Assembly (NCBI GenBank): GCA_951406725.2
Contig: OX597831.1
Coordinates: 68,944,001-69,008,000, forward strand
Length of the DNA stretch: 64,000 bases
Origin: Octopus vulgaris
Taxonomy: Eukaryota
Reading direction: 5' to 3'
The first letter of the stretch is position 1. The number at the start of each line of letters is the position of its first letter. Both the position numbers and the translations under genes were made by a program. The notes beneath the pieces are model-generated. The model was not told the origin of the DNA. It did not search any database and saw nothing but the letters and a program-made list of their open reading frames with translations. This document shows, piece after piece, positions 1 through 11,589 of the stretch.

Positions 1-240
1 ATCAGTGACCACCCAGAATCTTGAGTCCGTGGGTATCCCGTAAGGCTAGGGATGAGAGAGATGACCTCCCCTCACAAATACTAATTGGACACAGAACGTG
101 TGTCATTAGCCAGCTGGAGGTGTCTTCCTAGGGCTATAAACGTCAGTAGCACTGTCCTGTATAGGACACCACACTTGGTTGGCAATTATATGTTACTATT
201 CCGTATCGCTATTGTTTGCTTCATGCTCAGAGTTTTAATA
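1..240 (+). mobile_element. Diverged partial copy of the 352-nt hammerhead-bearing repeat family (relative of 14134-14491 and 11001-11310)
   Basis: gaatcttgagtccgtgggtatc (17-38) resembles gaaactcgagtccgtgtgtatc (14264-14285). The gtgtgtcattagccagctggag...gctcagag block is shared with 11162-11310 and 14343-14490. Confidence 0.7.
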
Positions 241-726
241 TAGTATATATATCTTTGTAATGTTGTTTCAATACATTAAAGAATTGTGTGATAATGCATA
301 GACAAAGGATTGAGTCTATCAAATAATTAGGATTTAGATTACTGATACTGTTAATTACAATATGTTAAATTTGGGTCTTCTCCAGCTGCAAGATAATTCG
401 TCTCACCATTGTATGTATTGTACAACTTCCAGCTGACTGTGTTTGTTTTAGACAATCTGTACTTGGTATCTATCAACCTTGATGCATATCTCAAAATCCT
501 GGTCTGTAAACGACAATGAAACTATCTCACTGTGCATAGCAATCAATAACAATAAAACTCATGTATTGGCAACTTATTTCAATCACAGGTTTGTCACTCT
601 TCAAACTGCTGGAAATTGGATGTATCTAACTTCAAAATATTTGTCATTTACTGAATGAAAACACTTAATTACAACCATTAAATTAGTGTTATTTATAATG
701 AATTGGATATAATTTCCTTTTAATGT

Positions 727-1136
727 CTCTTTACTCTTTACTCTTTTACTTGTTTCAGTCATTTGACTGTGGCCATGCTGGAGCACTGCCTTTAATTGAG
801 CAACTTGACCCCGGGACTTATTCTTTGTAAGCCCAGTACTTATTCTATCAGTCTCTTTTGCCGAACCGCTAAGTGACGGGGACATAAACACACCAGCATC
901 GGTTGTCAAGCAATGCTAGGGGGACAAACATTCATACACGCACATACACATATACACATATATACATATATACGACAGGCTTCTTTCAGTTTCCGTCTAC
1001 CAAATCCACTCACAAGGCTTTGGTCGGCCTGAGGTTATAGTAGAAGACACTTGCCCAAGGTGCCACGCAGTGGGACTGAACCTGGAACCATGTGGTTGGT
1101 AAACAAGCTACTTACCACACAGCCATTCCTGCGCCT
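727..1136 (-). mobile_element. tRNA-derived SINE family A, near full-length
   Basis: Reverse complement starts aggcgcaggaatggctgtgtggtaag (A-box-like), has a B-box-like ggttcagtccc, an internal (TA/CA)n and a (GTAAAAGA)n tail. Near-identical to the copies at 19.2, 21.0, 32.0, 34.8 and 42.5 kb. Confidence 0.9.
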
Positions 1137-1329
1137 AATTAGACACTCCTGTGTCTAATAATTATTATTTATAGTTTTAGCCTTGGTTGGTACTGCGTAT
1201 CAGTCCTACTAAAAATGAACATCTCTTATATGTATGCATGTATGTAAGTATATGCACACATGTTCGTATATAAGCATGGTTATCATTGCAGGTGCGGATC
1301 TTATTACATTCTACTTCTTGTATATTTTA

Positions 1330-1900
1330 AATATGAGAGTTGAATCAAAAGTAAAGCAGAAGTAGTCTGAACTTTATTAATTAAAAGAAATCATTGAAAT
1401 TACATCTGATTGTAAACTATCTTCTCTTATACAAATGTCAGCTCCATAACCTCCTTGACAAATAATGTATTTGCACCACCGTTGAATTCAACACCCAAAT
1501 CCTCTTTGAAGAGCAGATTTCTATCTTTCTCTTCTTCAAAAACTGTGTCAACTACTGAAGTAACCTCTTTGTATACGTGTCCAAACACCTAAAGTCTTCC
1601 ACTATCTCCTGTAATATTTTGTAGTGACAATCTCAATGGTTCAGTAACCTCATGGATTGTTATTTATCTGTCATGCAAATCAATTAATTCACTGCCAAGT
1701 GGTTCATGCCAAAAGTTGAAGCTAATAGTTTCTCACTGAATGGTTTGTCTTTAATGTCGTTTTCCCCTACTTTAAAACTCTTCATCCATCTGTCCATATT
1801 GTCCTTGTCAATGGTGTCATCTCCATAAACAATTTGTATCCTTATCTATAGAGATATCAGAGAGTCTGCAGCACTTCTTCGTCTAGAATGGTGGCATCTT
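1330..1900 (-). pseudogene. Decayed Tc1/mariner transposon remnant
   Basis: Minus strand ~1735-1850 translates QIVYGDDTIDKDNMDRWMKSFKVGENDIKDKPFSEK, resembling the mariner N-terminal HTH (VYGD...RW..F..G...D.PRSG). A mariner-TIR-like tatgagagttgaatcaaaagtaa lies at ~1332. Confidence 0.6.
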
Positions 1901-1959
1901 TCTTCTGCTCAGAATCTATTATCATTATTTATGATTCCATTTCAACTGAAGACTACAGG

Positions 1960-2480
1960 ATCATAAAAACTGCTTCCCTAACATCACATGGAGCTTCCTA
2001 GATAAGCTCTCTGTTTACTCACCTGGAATTTGTAAATGCCAATTCTGCCTCTGTGAAATATTACTCATACTCTACCAGCCTACAGTATCCATCAATAAGA
2101 AAACTCATCCATCTTCTTGTTACCAGAGTTACACCATGTTAATCAACTTCAAACCGTTGATCTCTGGATATACCACACAGGGCCTAGCTGGCCCATACAA
2201 CTGCATGTAATATAATTCAGTGTTTACAAATAACACGGAAAAAGAAAGAAATAAATAGTTGCCGGGGTAGCAAAAATACACACAAGTAACAAGGATGTAA
2301 CAACCTATTTATAAAGGTAGAAACTACGGGTTAAGGTGAAATGTTTTGTATAATACTTCTTACTTTCCCCGATGAGAAGATTGCATTGTTTTATACCATG
2401 TTATTCCTTCTGGAATAATACCAATGTTGTCTTTGAAACATATGTCAGAAGTAAAAGAATTTGAATAACACCATAACACC
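1960..2480 (+). mobile_element. Penelope-like element 3' end (GIY-YIG C-terminal remnant plus hammerhead-like 3' region)
   Basis: CKCQFCLCEILLILYQPTVSINKK at ~2030-2105 parallels YQPTVFINSKNELFYCC of the PLE at 24.85 kb. A hammerhead-like motif follows at 2361-2455. Confidence 0.6.
2361..2455 (+). ncRNA. Degenerate type I hammerhead-like motif with long stem II
   Basis: tactttcc-CCGATGA-gaaga...ttattcc(ttct)ggaataa...tcttt-GAAA-C-ATAT-GTC-agaagta. Core has U4>C; stem III loop ATAT is palindromic; GUC triplet. Confidence 0.55.
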
Positions 2481-2533
2481 TGCGTTTAACTCCATTTATA
2501 TATATATATATATATATATATACACGTACATAT

Positions 2534-2610
2534 ATGGCTGTGTGGTAAGAAGCTTGCTTCCCAACTCCATGGTTTTGGGTTCAGTCCATTGGGCAAGTGT
2601 CTTCTATTAT
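2534..2610 (+). mobile_element. SINE family A 5' fragment between (TA)n tracts
   Basis: atggctgtgtggtaagaagcttgcttcccaac...gggcaagtgtcttcta matches the family A head. Confidence 0.75.
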
Positions 2611-2619
2611 ATATATATA

Positions 2620-3170
2620 TAAATGGAACAAAACGCAATAGAGGACAATAAAACATTCGGACAGATAGATGATACAAAGGCAGAAAAGAGAAACAACAAT
2701 TAGAAGGACAGGCAAAAAAAAAGACGGGTCATTTGAGTCTTCTTTCCTCAGTTAAGTACCAGAAGTCATGACTGTTTTGGGCAGTTACACTTTACGATCT
2801 GGTTGCCCTTAAAAATGTCTAAGCTAAGAGCATTAGACCCCTTTGAAAGGAAGCTAGTGAATGTGTACTGCAACAAAGATAAAAAAAACGGAGAACATGG
2901 TACACAAAAAGACAAAAAATGGAAAATATGGTACACAATTATGAATACAAATAACAAGAAAATAACAACAGGTGTCTTTCGACTAAGAACGAATCCAATT
3001 GAGCTGGCAAGTATGAAGTGAAAGGCTAAAAGCAGGACATAGGAGATAAACATAAGAAGTGTTGGCAGTCAGGCCAAGAAAGAAAGATCATGGCTGGCCG
3101 GACACCAGTCATGTGGAAGGAGGATAGATAGTGAGGGGCCAGCAAAGGTGAGTTCAATTAGAGGTTATAA
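2620..3170 (-). repeat. Dispersed repeat related to 6220-6550, probably PLE-associated and non-autonomous
   Basis: Shared blocks gtcatt..gag.cttc.tt.ctcagt, aagctaag..gcattaga and ggtgtcttt.cgact recur at 6265-6510. Both copies start at a (TA)n tract. Confidence 0.5.
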
Positions 3171-3234
3171 AAACTGTCTAAGGGATATTTGTATCCAATG
3201 AATTACTGGTGTATTACCTATATGTATTACGGAA

Positions 3235-3435
3235 GTGTACTCGCATAGCAAGTGATTTGATCTGAGATCGTGTGCTGGAACGAAAACAATTGCAGCGTGG
3301 AAGGTGTTTGTAAGCCATTTAAGAAACACACAAAAGCCGTTCGATTCACTTCAACATTTAAGTTTAATTTGTCAAAATATTTTCCTCGCTAAAATCCGCG
3401 ACCTCTTCACTGACAAACATCCGTGCTGCATCTCT
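3235..3435 (-). repeat. Short dispersed repeat with a hammerhead-like fold
   Basis: CpG-rich ~200-bp insert. Minus strand 3417-3368 reads tttgtca-GTGAAGA-ggtcgc(ggatttta)gcga-g-GAAA-ATAT-TT-tgacaaa. Confidence 0.5.
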
Positions 3436-4439
3436 ATATGTAATTATGAGTATTAGTATTAATACTAATAAATGATAAGTAAGGAAAGGAATAAACCAAA
3501 GTTTATATTTAAGGAAAAATAAGATAATGGAGATAAAATTGATATTTGATAGACATCAGTTATTATTTACTGATTATAAAAAGACAATATCTCATCTTAA
3601 AGCAGTTTCTTTTCACACTATTTTGGGCATAATCAGGCTTAATTATTACAATAATAATTATCATTGCAAATAGTGGAACTTCATCAAAGCAGAAAAATAA
3701 AGAAAAAGAAAAGAGAAAGAAAGAGCAAAAGAGTAAATAAGGATATACCAATTGATGTTCCATGATAATCCTCTGAAAACCTTTAAAATTACTGAAAAAT
3801 TTAGTTTATACAATTAGAATAGTTATAATACTTAGTGGTACATGCCTCTCTATGGCAGAGAAAGGCTACTGTTGGCATAAGTGTAGGAGTATTTTGGCTT
3901 GGTCATAAAGTAAGAAATAAAAAGTAAAAATAAAAATGCTGGGAGTTACAGAACTTAAAATGATTAACAGTTAACCATGATTTATTTAGCAGTAATTACC
4001 TAATCCATTAGCATATTTAAATTAAATGATGGGCCATTCAAAACAGTAAAAGTAGATTAATTAATCTGGGAGGCAAAATATTTCTATTTTGTGCAAATGA
4101 TAATAGAAGCAGTCAAGGCTTATTATGCAATTCTACAAAACATAAAAAGTTGCTGTAATTAACTGCTCGACACATCTACAAACACAAATCAAGATTATTA
4201 ACAAAAATATCGATAATTTTATGTATGCTTACTTTATATTCTATGTGGAAAGCATGCCGAATTCTCCAATAAGTAGGAAGGTTCTGTAACTCCGAGTATT
4301 TTTATTTTTACTTTATGACCTAACTAAAATGCTCGTACATTCTGTTGGCATATAAGCATTACTATTTGGTACTGTGATTGTATTTCTCTCATTCATAGAT
4401 TTAAAACAAGTTGTTTTCTCTCTCTCTCTCTCTATCCAC

Positions 4440-6110
4440 TATAAACACACAGACTCACACTCATACCTCAACTTCTCCTCCCACCACACCTGCCCTGCCA
4501 TCTCCCATCTCCTGTTTCCCTTCATCTACCACTCCACCACCCTACCTTTCCAATGCACCATTCTCCGAGCCTTCCAGTGACTCCAGTCCAACCACACAAC
4601 TTCACACATCTTCCCTAAGTGACCCCTCCTCTCCTTCAAACGAGCCCACAACCTATGAGACCTCTTGGTCCACAGTTTCTTCCCTAACCCAACCTCCCAA
4701 CCTGGCTCGTTCCCCTGCCCCCAACCATGCTGTCATATTTGCCCTTACCTCAACAACACCACCCTCCTCACTGGCACCCATCATCGACCCTATCATATCA
4801 CCGACTCCTTCACCTGCACTTCTAGCAATGTCATCTACTACATCGCCTGCTCTCTCTGCCCTTCTCTCTACATCAGGCAAATGGGACGCCGCTTGGCTGA
4901 CCAGTTTGCAGGACACATCCAAGACATCTGACTCGGCCATGACACCCAGATCTTGAGCCATTTCTGCTCTACCAGTCACTCTTTGCAACACCTGTCTGTG
5001 TTCAGATGTCCTTGCACAGGGGCCATCTAGACTCCTGCCTTCACTGTGAACAGGGATTAATCTTCTCTCTTCACTCCTTTGTGTCACATGGGCTCAACTC
5101 TCCTCCCCTCTTCATCTAACCCTCCTCCCCTCTCCTCTCTTCCTCTCACACCTAGTTCCTCCCACCTACCTCTCCTCTCTTGCTCTGGCTCCTACTTCTC
5201 TTCACTCCTACTCTCCTTCTCTCTTCTCTTCACTCCTACCCACTTTCTCCCTTCCCCTTCTCCCTTCAACATCACCCCTCCCCCATAACCCCACCCCTAC
5301 ACAATCCAACCCACCTTCCCTATCCATTCCAACCCACCCACCCCATCCCTTACACCCACTCCCACATACTCCACCCTCAGCCTAACCAACACCCACCCTT
5401 GCTTTCCCCACTCTCGCCTCCCCCACATCCCAACATCACCACACCACACACCACTATACCACACAACACCACATCACATCATCATGCACACATTAGCACT
5501 AACCTATTTCTTTATTACCCACAAGGGGTTAAACACAGAGGGGGACAAACAAGGACAGACATAGGTATTAAGTCGATTACATCGACCCAGTGCGTAACTG
5601 GTACTTAATTTATCGACCCCGAAAGGATGAAAGGCAAAGTCGACCTCGGCGGATTTTGAACTCACAACGTAACGACAGACGAAATACGGCTACGCATTTT
5701 GCCCGGCATGCTAACATTTCTGCCAGCTCGCCGCCTTATTAGCACTAACCATCATCCACACAGCTACACGTACACATGCACATGTCAAGATCACCAGCTC
5801 TCTTCCTCATGCACATACATGCTCTCTTATACACACCCACGTGCACCTTCGTTTTGGGATACCACTACTTTATTATCTCCCCTTCTTCCTAGCTCTCCTG
5901 TGTGACCCCTCTGTCCGGCATTCGCCATGATAGATCGCTAGTCACGACACATTCTTTATTTTCTCTCCTTGTTTCTTCCTGTGTTCCTTTCTGTGGAAGA
6001 GTGTAGGCTCAAAAAGTTAAAGACTTTTTCACTTCCCGAGCATTAAACTAATACATCTGTTTTTTGTCTATACCACATGGCTTCATCTTTTTGTTTTTTT
6101 GTGAATTCTC
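4440..6110 (+). mobile_element. Decayed Penelope-like element (RT thumb, GIY-YIG endonuclease, pyrimidine-rich 3' region)
   Basis: HYKHTDSHSYLNFSSHH matches the PLE RT C-terminal K.T.S..YL.F.S.HP motif. ITDSFTCTSSNVIYYIACSLCPSLYIRQMGRRLADQFAGHIQDI matches GIY-YIG. Frameshifted; a degenerate minimal hammerhead lies at ~5986-6024. Confidence 0.85.
5505..5737 (-). mobile_element. tRNA-derived SINE family B inserted in the PLE
   Basis: Reverse complement: aggcggcgagctggcagaaa...gagttcaaa...gcctttcatcctttcggggtcgataaattaagtacc...aataaagaaata. 13-bp TSD attagcactaacc at 5492-5504 and 5738-5750. Confidence 0.9.
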
Positions 6111-6128
6111 CCTATATATATATGTATA

Positions 6129-6165
<37 letters not shown>

Positions 6166-6219
6166 TAATGGCTTTTATATATATATGTGTATATATATAA
6201 TAAATAATAAAACTTTATA

Positions 6220-6550
6220 TATAAAGAACGTGAAATTCACGAATTGACGAACACGGAAAACAGACAGTCATTCAGAGCCTTCATTCTTCAGTCAGAAACC
6301 GATTCATCATGGCAAATTTCGGCTGTTTAATTCTGAGATTTGCTCCAAAACGGCCAGCCCCAAAGAAAAGCTAAGCTATGGGCATTAGATTTCCTTGGTA
6401 GAAGGAAAGAATGTGACAACAGAGACGAATAGGAAAACAAGAGACGAAGATAAAATTGGAAACAGTAACGAATAAAAACAGGAATGACACGGGGCGTCTT
6501 ACGACTTTGAGACAAAATGGGACATATCAGAAGGGCTTATAAAAATTTTC
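6220..6550 (-). repeat. Dispersed repeat related to 2620-3170
   Basis: Colinear similarity with 2620-3170; follows (TA)n at 6113-6200. Confidence 0.5.
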
Positions 6551-7214
6551 TAGCCTATATGCTGAGAGATAGATGCTAAATCGCCACACCACTCAAACGA
6601 GTCACAAACACACAAAACTTTTAATAAAATAGATAGTTCTGTATTAGCCTAACTTCTGGGTTTGCCGAAAGGCTCTCCCGTCTTCAGCAGAACATACTAA
6701 TAGAAATAAATGAAATATTTATATATACTCGCAGGAAAGCAAAACACAAGGTTACAAATACACATAAATACTTCATATATCTCCGAAGCAAATTTCGTAG
6801 CCTGCCTGAACAGCATGTGCATTTGGTTGGCATAGCTGGGTAGCTATGCTGTTCTGAAGTGAATAAATTTTCCATTTACAATAATAGAGGATAAAACTTT
6901 TTTTAAAAAATTTTATCAGTGGCCAGCATATAAAATGAAATGAATTTAGGTGAAAATTAGGTACTTGTTGGTTATCTCACCCCCATTAAAAAATTGGGTT
7001 ATCTCCCCAACTAAAAAAATTGTTTAACCCTTAATAAAAGAAAAAAAAATTTTAAAAACTAATAAACATGGAAAGCAAAATGATTAAACATCTTATTAAA
7101 TCTGATAATATTTTTATAACAAATACAAAACTGAAAAATTAACAAGCATGAAAACTGAAAAAAAATTAAACATCTTATCGAATCCAATAACATTTTTATA
7201 AAAAATCATACCAT

Positions 7215-9365
7215 GCCTATTGAGGAGGCCAAAAGTCAACAATGTGCTGAAGTATTGAATCAAAAGGATCTAACCCTTTTAATCCAATCTCTTGTTGCCA
7301 CATAATTTCAATATTTAGCACAATCTCTTCCAGGATCTTCCAGATGTATATTACTGCATATCTCTCCAGCCTTCGCTCCAAGGAGTAGAGATTAACTTTG
7401 CCAGTAGCTGAGCTGTTGCAATGAGATGATCTTCTTTGTGAAGCTTTGCTGGATTGCTTCAAGGTCCGCTGTTAATTTTACACTGTGGGGTGACCATACC
7501 TGGGAGCAGTAGTCCAGGTGGCTGAGGATGAATGTCCTTCAGAGGACCATCATGGTTTCCTTCTCTCTGGTTCTGAAGGTACAGCTGTCTGTACTTTGTC
7601 CCCATCTTGGTAATGTGCACTTGGAAAGAGGTATTATCACTCATTTTAATACCTAGGTCCTGCACTGATTTAGGTTCTGGGATTGTAATCCCATGTGGGC
7701 CAGTGTAACCTGTGAGTTTTATGTTCAGTTGTGGGTGATGGTAGCACAGAGTTTGGAACTTTCCAGTATTAAACTGCATGTTATTGTCCTCAGCCCATCT
7801 ATAAATTGAGTTTAACTCCTGCTGCAGGCATGCAACATTGGTAGGGTTTTGTATTTTCTGTAAGACTTTCCTATCATCTGGACAGCTAGCTAGGGTGGCT
7901 TTCCATGCAGCTGAGGTCATATCTGACAGGGCCACTATGAAAAGCAGTCACTATTTGTGTTTTCTCTGAGGTGGCTCCATTGGCCACTACTGCCTGACTT
8001 CTGTCTTTCAGAAAGTCATGTAACCACTCTCCAAGTTTTCCAGCTATGCCGTGGTCATGCAGTTTGTGGCATATCATACCATAATCCACTTTGTCAAAAG
8101 CTTTTGCAAAATCAGGGCATATAACATCCACATTTGAGTTGTTGAGTAACTGTCTCAACACCCAGTCATAATGTTGTAAGAGCTGGATCTGGCAGCTCCA
8201 ACCAGGTCGAAAACCATGTTGGGTGTCACTCAGCAAGTTGTTTTCTTCAAGGAATGCGATCAGTTTCCCTCTGACTATTCATTCCATGACTTTGCTGATG
8301 TGTGAAGTCGGAGAGATAGGCCTATAATTTTTGGTACCTGCTCTGCTTTCTTTATGGATTGGGCATATTATTCCCACCTTCAATTTGCTTGGCAGCTTGC
8401 CATTTGCAAGAAATCTCTGGAAGAGAATCTGTAGTGGTTTTGCCAAAGCATGTTTACAAAATTTGAGGAGGACTGCTTGGAAACCATCATGGACAGCAGT
8501 TGAGTCTGTGTCCACCTCATCCATGGCTAGTATTATATTTTCTTTGCTAATGTTGATATAATCCATCATAACTGCCTCACTGGTTATAGGTGAGGTGGCA
8601 AAGAAATCCACTAGTTCGTTCACTTGTCTGTATTCCAACAGGATGGTAAAGACACTTTTGAACTGGTCATTCAGTATCTCACTGATCTCGGTTGGTTTAT
8701 CTGTGAGGGAGCCATCCTTCTGGAAGGGTGGGGGTCCGGTTTTGAAGCATACTGAGGCTGTTTCTTTTGGCATAATGAAAGAAGGCCTTAAGTTTTGATT
8801 TGATGTTTTCTATAATCCAGGCTTCTTTGTTTGCTCTCTCCTTCACATAGGGATGATTGTTGCAGACTTTTTTCAATCTCCATCAGTGTTGTTTTTAGGT
8901 GTGACTTTCACCACTTTTGGGATGTTGGTCGAAGTGATTTGCAATTTTCATCTGTTGTCTCATGAAGATCTTCCCCTTCTTTGGAAGCTTGTTCCATTTT
9001 ATGTTGGCCTTGTGCTCTGGGACATATTTCTGGCATAGGATTTGCATAACAGACATGAAATATTGTAGTTTCATGCCAATGTCTGATGTAGAGAGACATT
9101 TTTGCCAGTCCTGTATGAGGATCTCTTTTTGGATTGATTTCCAGTCTGCTTTGTGGAAGTTGAGATTAGAGAGATTTTGGATGCTTCCTTTAGGCTGTAT
9201 GTCTCTGGTTACTTTTGGTCCATACACTGACAGCTCTATTATGTTGTGATCCAAAACTTATATTGGTGTCACTTTCACATTATGAACAATACCTATATTG
9301 TTTGTGAAGCAGAGATCCAATATGTTATTCGCTCTGGTTGGTCAGAGCATGGTTTGCTCCATGAA
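7215..9365 (-). pseudogene. Decayed CR1/L2-group LINE ORF2 (APE C-terminus plus reverse transcriptase)
   Basis: Motifs LDLCF/DHNIIE (APE end), PIHK...NYRPISPTS..SKVME, QHGFRPG.SC..QLL, DFAKAFDKV, degenerate (Y)ADD and MQFN..K. Multiple frameshifts. Confidence 0.92.
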
Positions 9366-10529
9366 TATAACAATTATTATATAACGGAATAATAACTATC
9401 ATTATAATTTGTACATTGATCAAATCACATAAATTCTATAATGGAAAAGTAATGTTTCAAATCCACCCAAAAGTCAGTTTACATTTGTTCATTTTGGCAA
9501 TGAGAGAATGTTCAAAGCATTTTCATTACACCCAACAAAATTTTAGTGGGTGGTGCACCTCCTGCAACCCTCTGTTCCCAAGCCTATGATGGTCTAGTGT
9601 GGTATAAGGGCTGCTAAATAGTTATTGAGGAATAACATTCGGTGGGCTGTTTTACTTTCATAATGACCATACTGATATTGGTTTCAGCAGTTTTGGGGAA
9701 TGGGATAACTTAATTCTTTTGAAGTCAATACTGGTTCTTAGATGTCTTGCAAACCACTTGCACATGCAAGTGCTACCAGTCAAAAGCTCCATATACCGGA
9801 AGCCAGAAAGTGTATGGGGTCATCAGGAGAGAATGCGCGCCGTTTCGGGGCCTACCTCTTGACTGATATGAGGCCCTGCTTGATCAGCTTGTTATCAAAT
9901 TAAGCTCAATATCAAAGTGACTAAAGACAAAGGTGGCCCCAGCAGAATATGAGCTCAGTACATAGGGAGCTGGAAAAAATGATATTAAACAATTCTTCCA
10001 GCTTGTTGCCTTTGACCACACTAACAATGGTATTAATTCTCATACATTTTCATTAATCTGGAATATCTGCATTCATATATGTATATACATCAGTTAGATA
10101 AATTGAACAGCATTCCCAAGATATTGAATAGAATAAGTACAAGTTTTCATAGCATAACATGCTGAATAATTTTATGAAGACAGTTCGTAATTATTGAGAG
10201 CAAATTATGTAGAAATTATGAGAATACCAATCACAAAGCTGATTGGTATAGCTTTGAGTAGCGTCTGTCTGGGAATTCAAAATTCCAATTTTTATAATAA
10301 GTTTTTAGAAAGTCAACCAGATTATTTGGCAGGAAGATTTCAGCTCACTTGATTACATACAAGATGTGATTAGCTGAGCCATGTTAGCATAGGTGTTAAT
10401 GTCTTTTATAGTGAACAGTAAATATTCCATAATTGGCATTGTATCTTGTGGCAGTTTGGTAGACTATGACCTTGAGTTGAGGAACATGAGCACAATGATA
10501 CAAAACTCAGCAGGAGCCTTGCTATATCA

Positions 10530-10559
<30 letters not shown>

Positions 10560-10563
<4 letters not shown>

Positions 10564-10908
10564 TCATCATCATCATCATCATTGTTTAACGTCTGCTTTC
10601 CATGCTAGCATGGGTTGGACGGTTCAACTGGGGTCTGGGAAGCCAAAAGGCTGCACCAGGCCCAGTCTGATCTGGCAGAGTTTCTACAGCTGGATGCCCT
10701 TCCTAACGCCAACTATACCGTGAGTGTAGTGGGTGCTTTTTATGTGCCACCGGCACAGGTGCCAGACGAGGCTGGCAAACGGCCATGATCGGATGGTGCT
10801 TTTTACGTGCCACCGGCACGGAGGCCAGTTGGTGTGGTGCTGGCAATGGCCACGTTCGGATGGTTCTCTTACGTGCCACCAGCACTGGTATCATAGCTAC
10901 AATTTCCA
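10560..10908 (-). mobile_element. RTE-type LINE 3' end (family C) with (GAT)n tail
   Basis: Reverse complement contains ttggcgttaggaagggcatccagctgtagaaa...ccaacccatgctagcatggaaa.cagacgttaaac(gat)n. Longer copies at 28.6 and 59.9 kb join RTE ORF2 sequence. Confidence 0.85.
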
Positions 10909-11000
10909 GAGAAAGATAGAAACTATCTGTCTCCTAACATGTTGAAATCCGATAAGGAAGTCGACTTTCTTATCCTCGTGTTTTGACATATATGTATATA

Positions 11001-11310
11001 TGTGCCAACTAAATGTGGCGGTTCCATCGAGGGCGATGTTACTGTTGTTTTTAGCCCAGAAAGACATCTTCTCCAGCTGGCTAATGACACATCGGCTGTC
11101 TCCAATTAGTATTTGCAAGGGGAGGTCATCGCTGTCATCTCTAGCCTTACAGGCACAGACAGTGTGTCATTAGCCAGCTGGAGAAGATGTCTTCCTAGAA
11201 CTAAAAACAACAGTAACACTGTCCTTTATGGAACCACCAGATTTAGTTGACAAATACATTTTATGATTTCGTACTGTTATTGTTTACTTCTCGCTCAGAG
11301 ATTTAATATA
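11001..11310. mobile_element. Older fold-back copy of the 352-nt repeat family
   Basis: Arms ~11001-11100 and ~11158-11256 are inverted, roughly 80% identical by eye. 11101-11153 is the reverse complement of window 38-89. Confidence 0.7.
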
Positions 11311-11501
11311 ATGTATATATATATACATATAAATAATTTACAAGATAAGAGCAAAAGAGAAATTCTAATGCCAAATATGCCAAAAAAAAAGACAAAACTT
11401 TTCTCGTAAATTATTTATAAATTTAACCTTTAAAGGTATTTTTTGATATGCTGGCCATTGATAAAATTTTTTTCCTGAAAAAAATTTTATCCTACATTAG
11501 T

Positions 11502-11546
<45 letters not shown>

Positions 11547-11589
11547 ATACATACATATATATATAACTTTAAAGTGCAGCTAATCATGG

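Noticed and set aside
4411-5608. Ser/Pro/Thr-rich 181-aa and 142-aa ORFs
   Set aside because: Alternative frames and the pyrimidine-rich UTR of the decayed Penelope-like element.
6265-6330. Minus-strand GAAA...CTGAAGA (and the paralogue at 2730-2785) as a type II hammerhead
   Set aside because: I could not form stems I and III or a valid NUH site.
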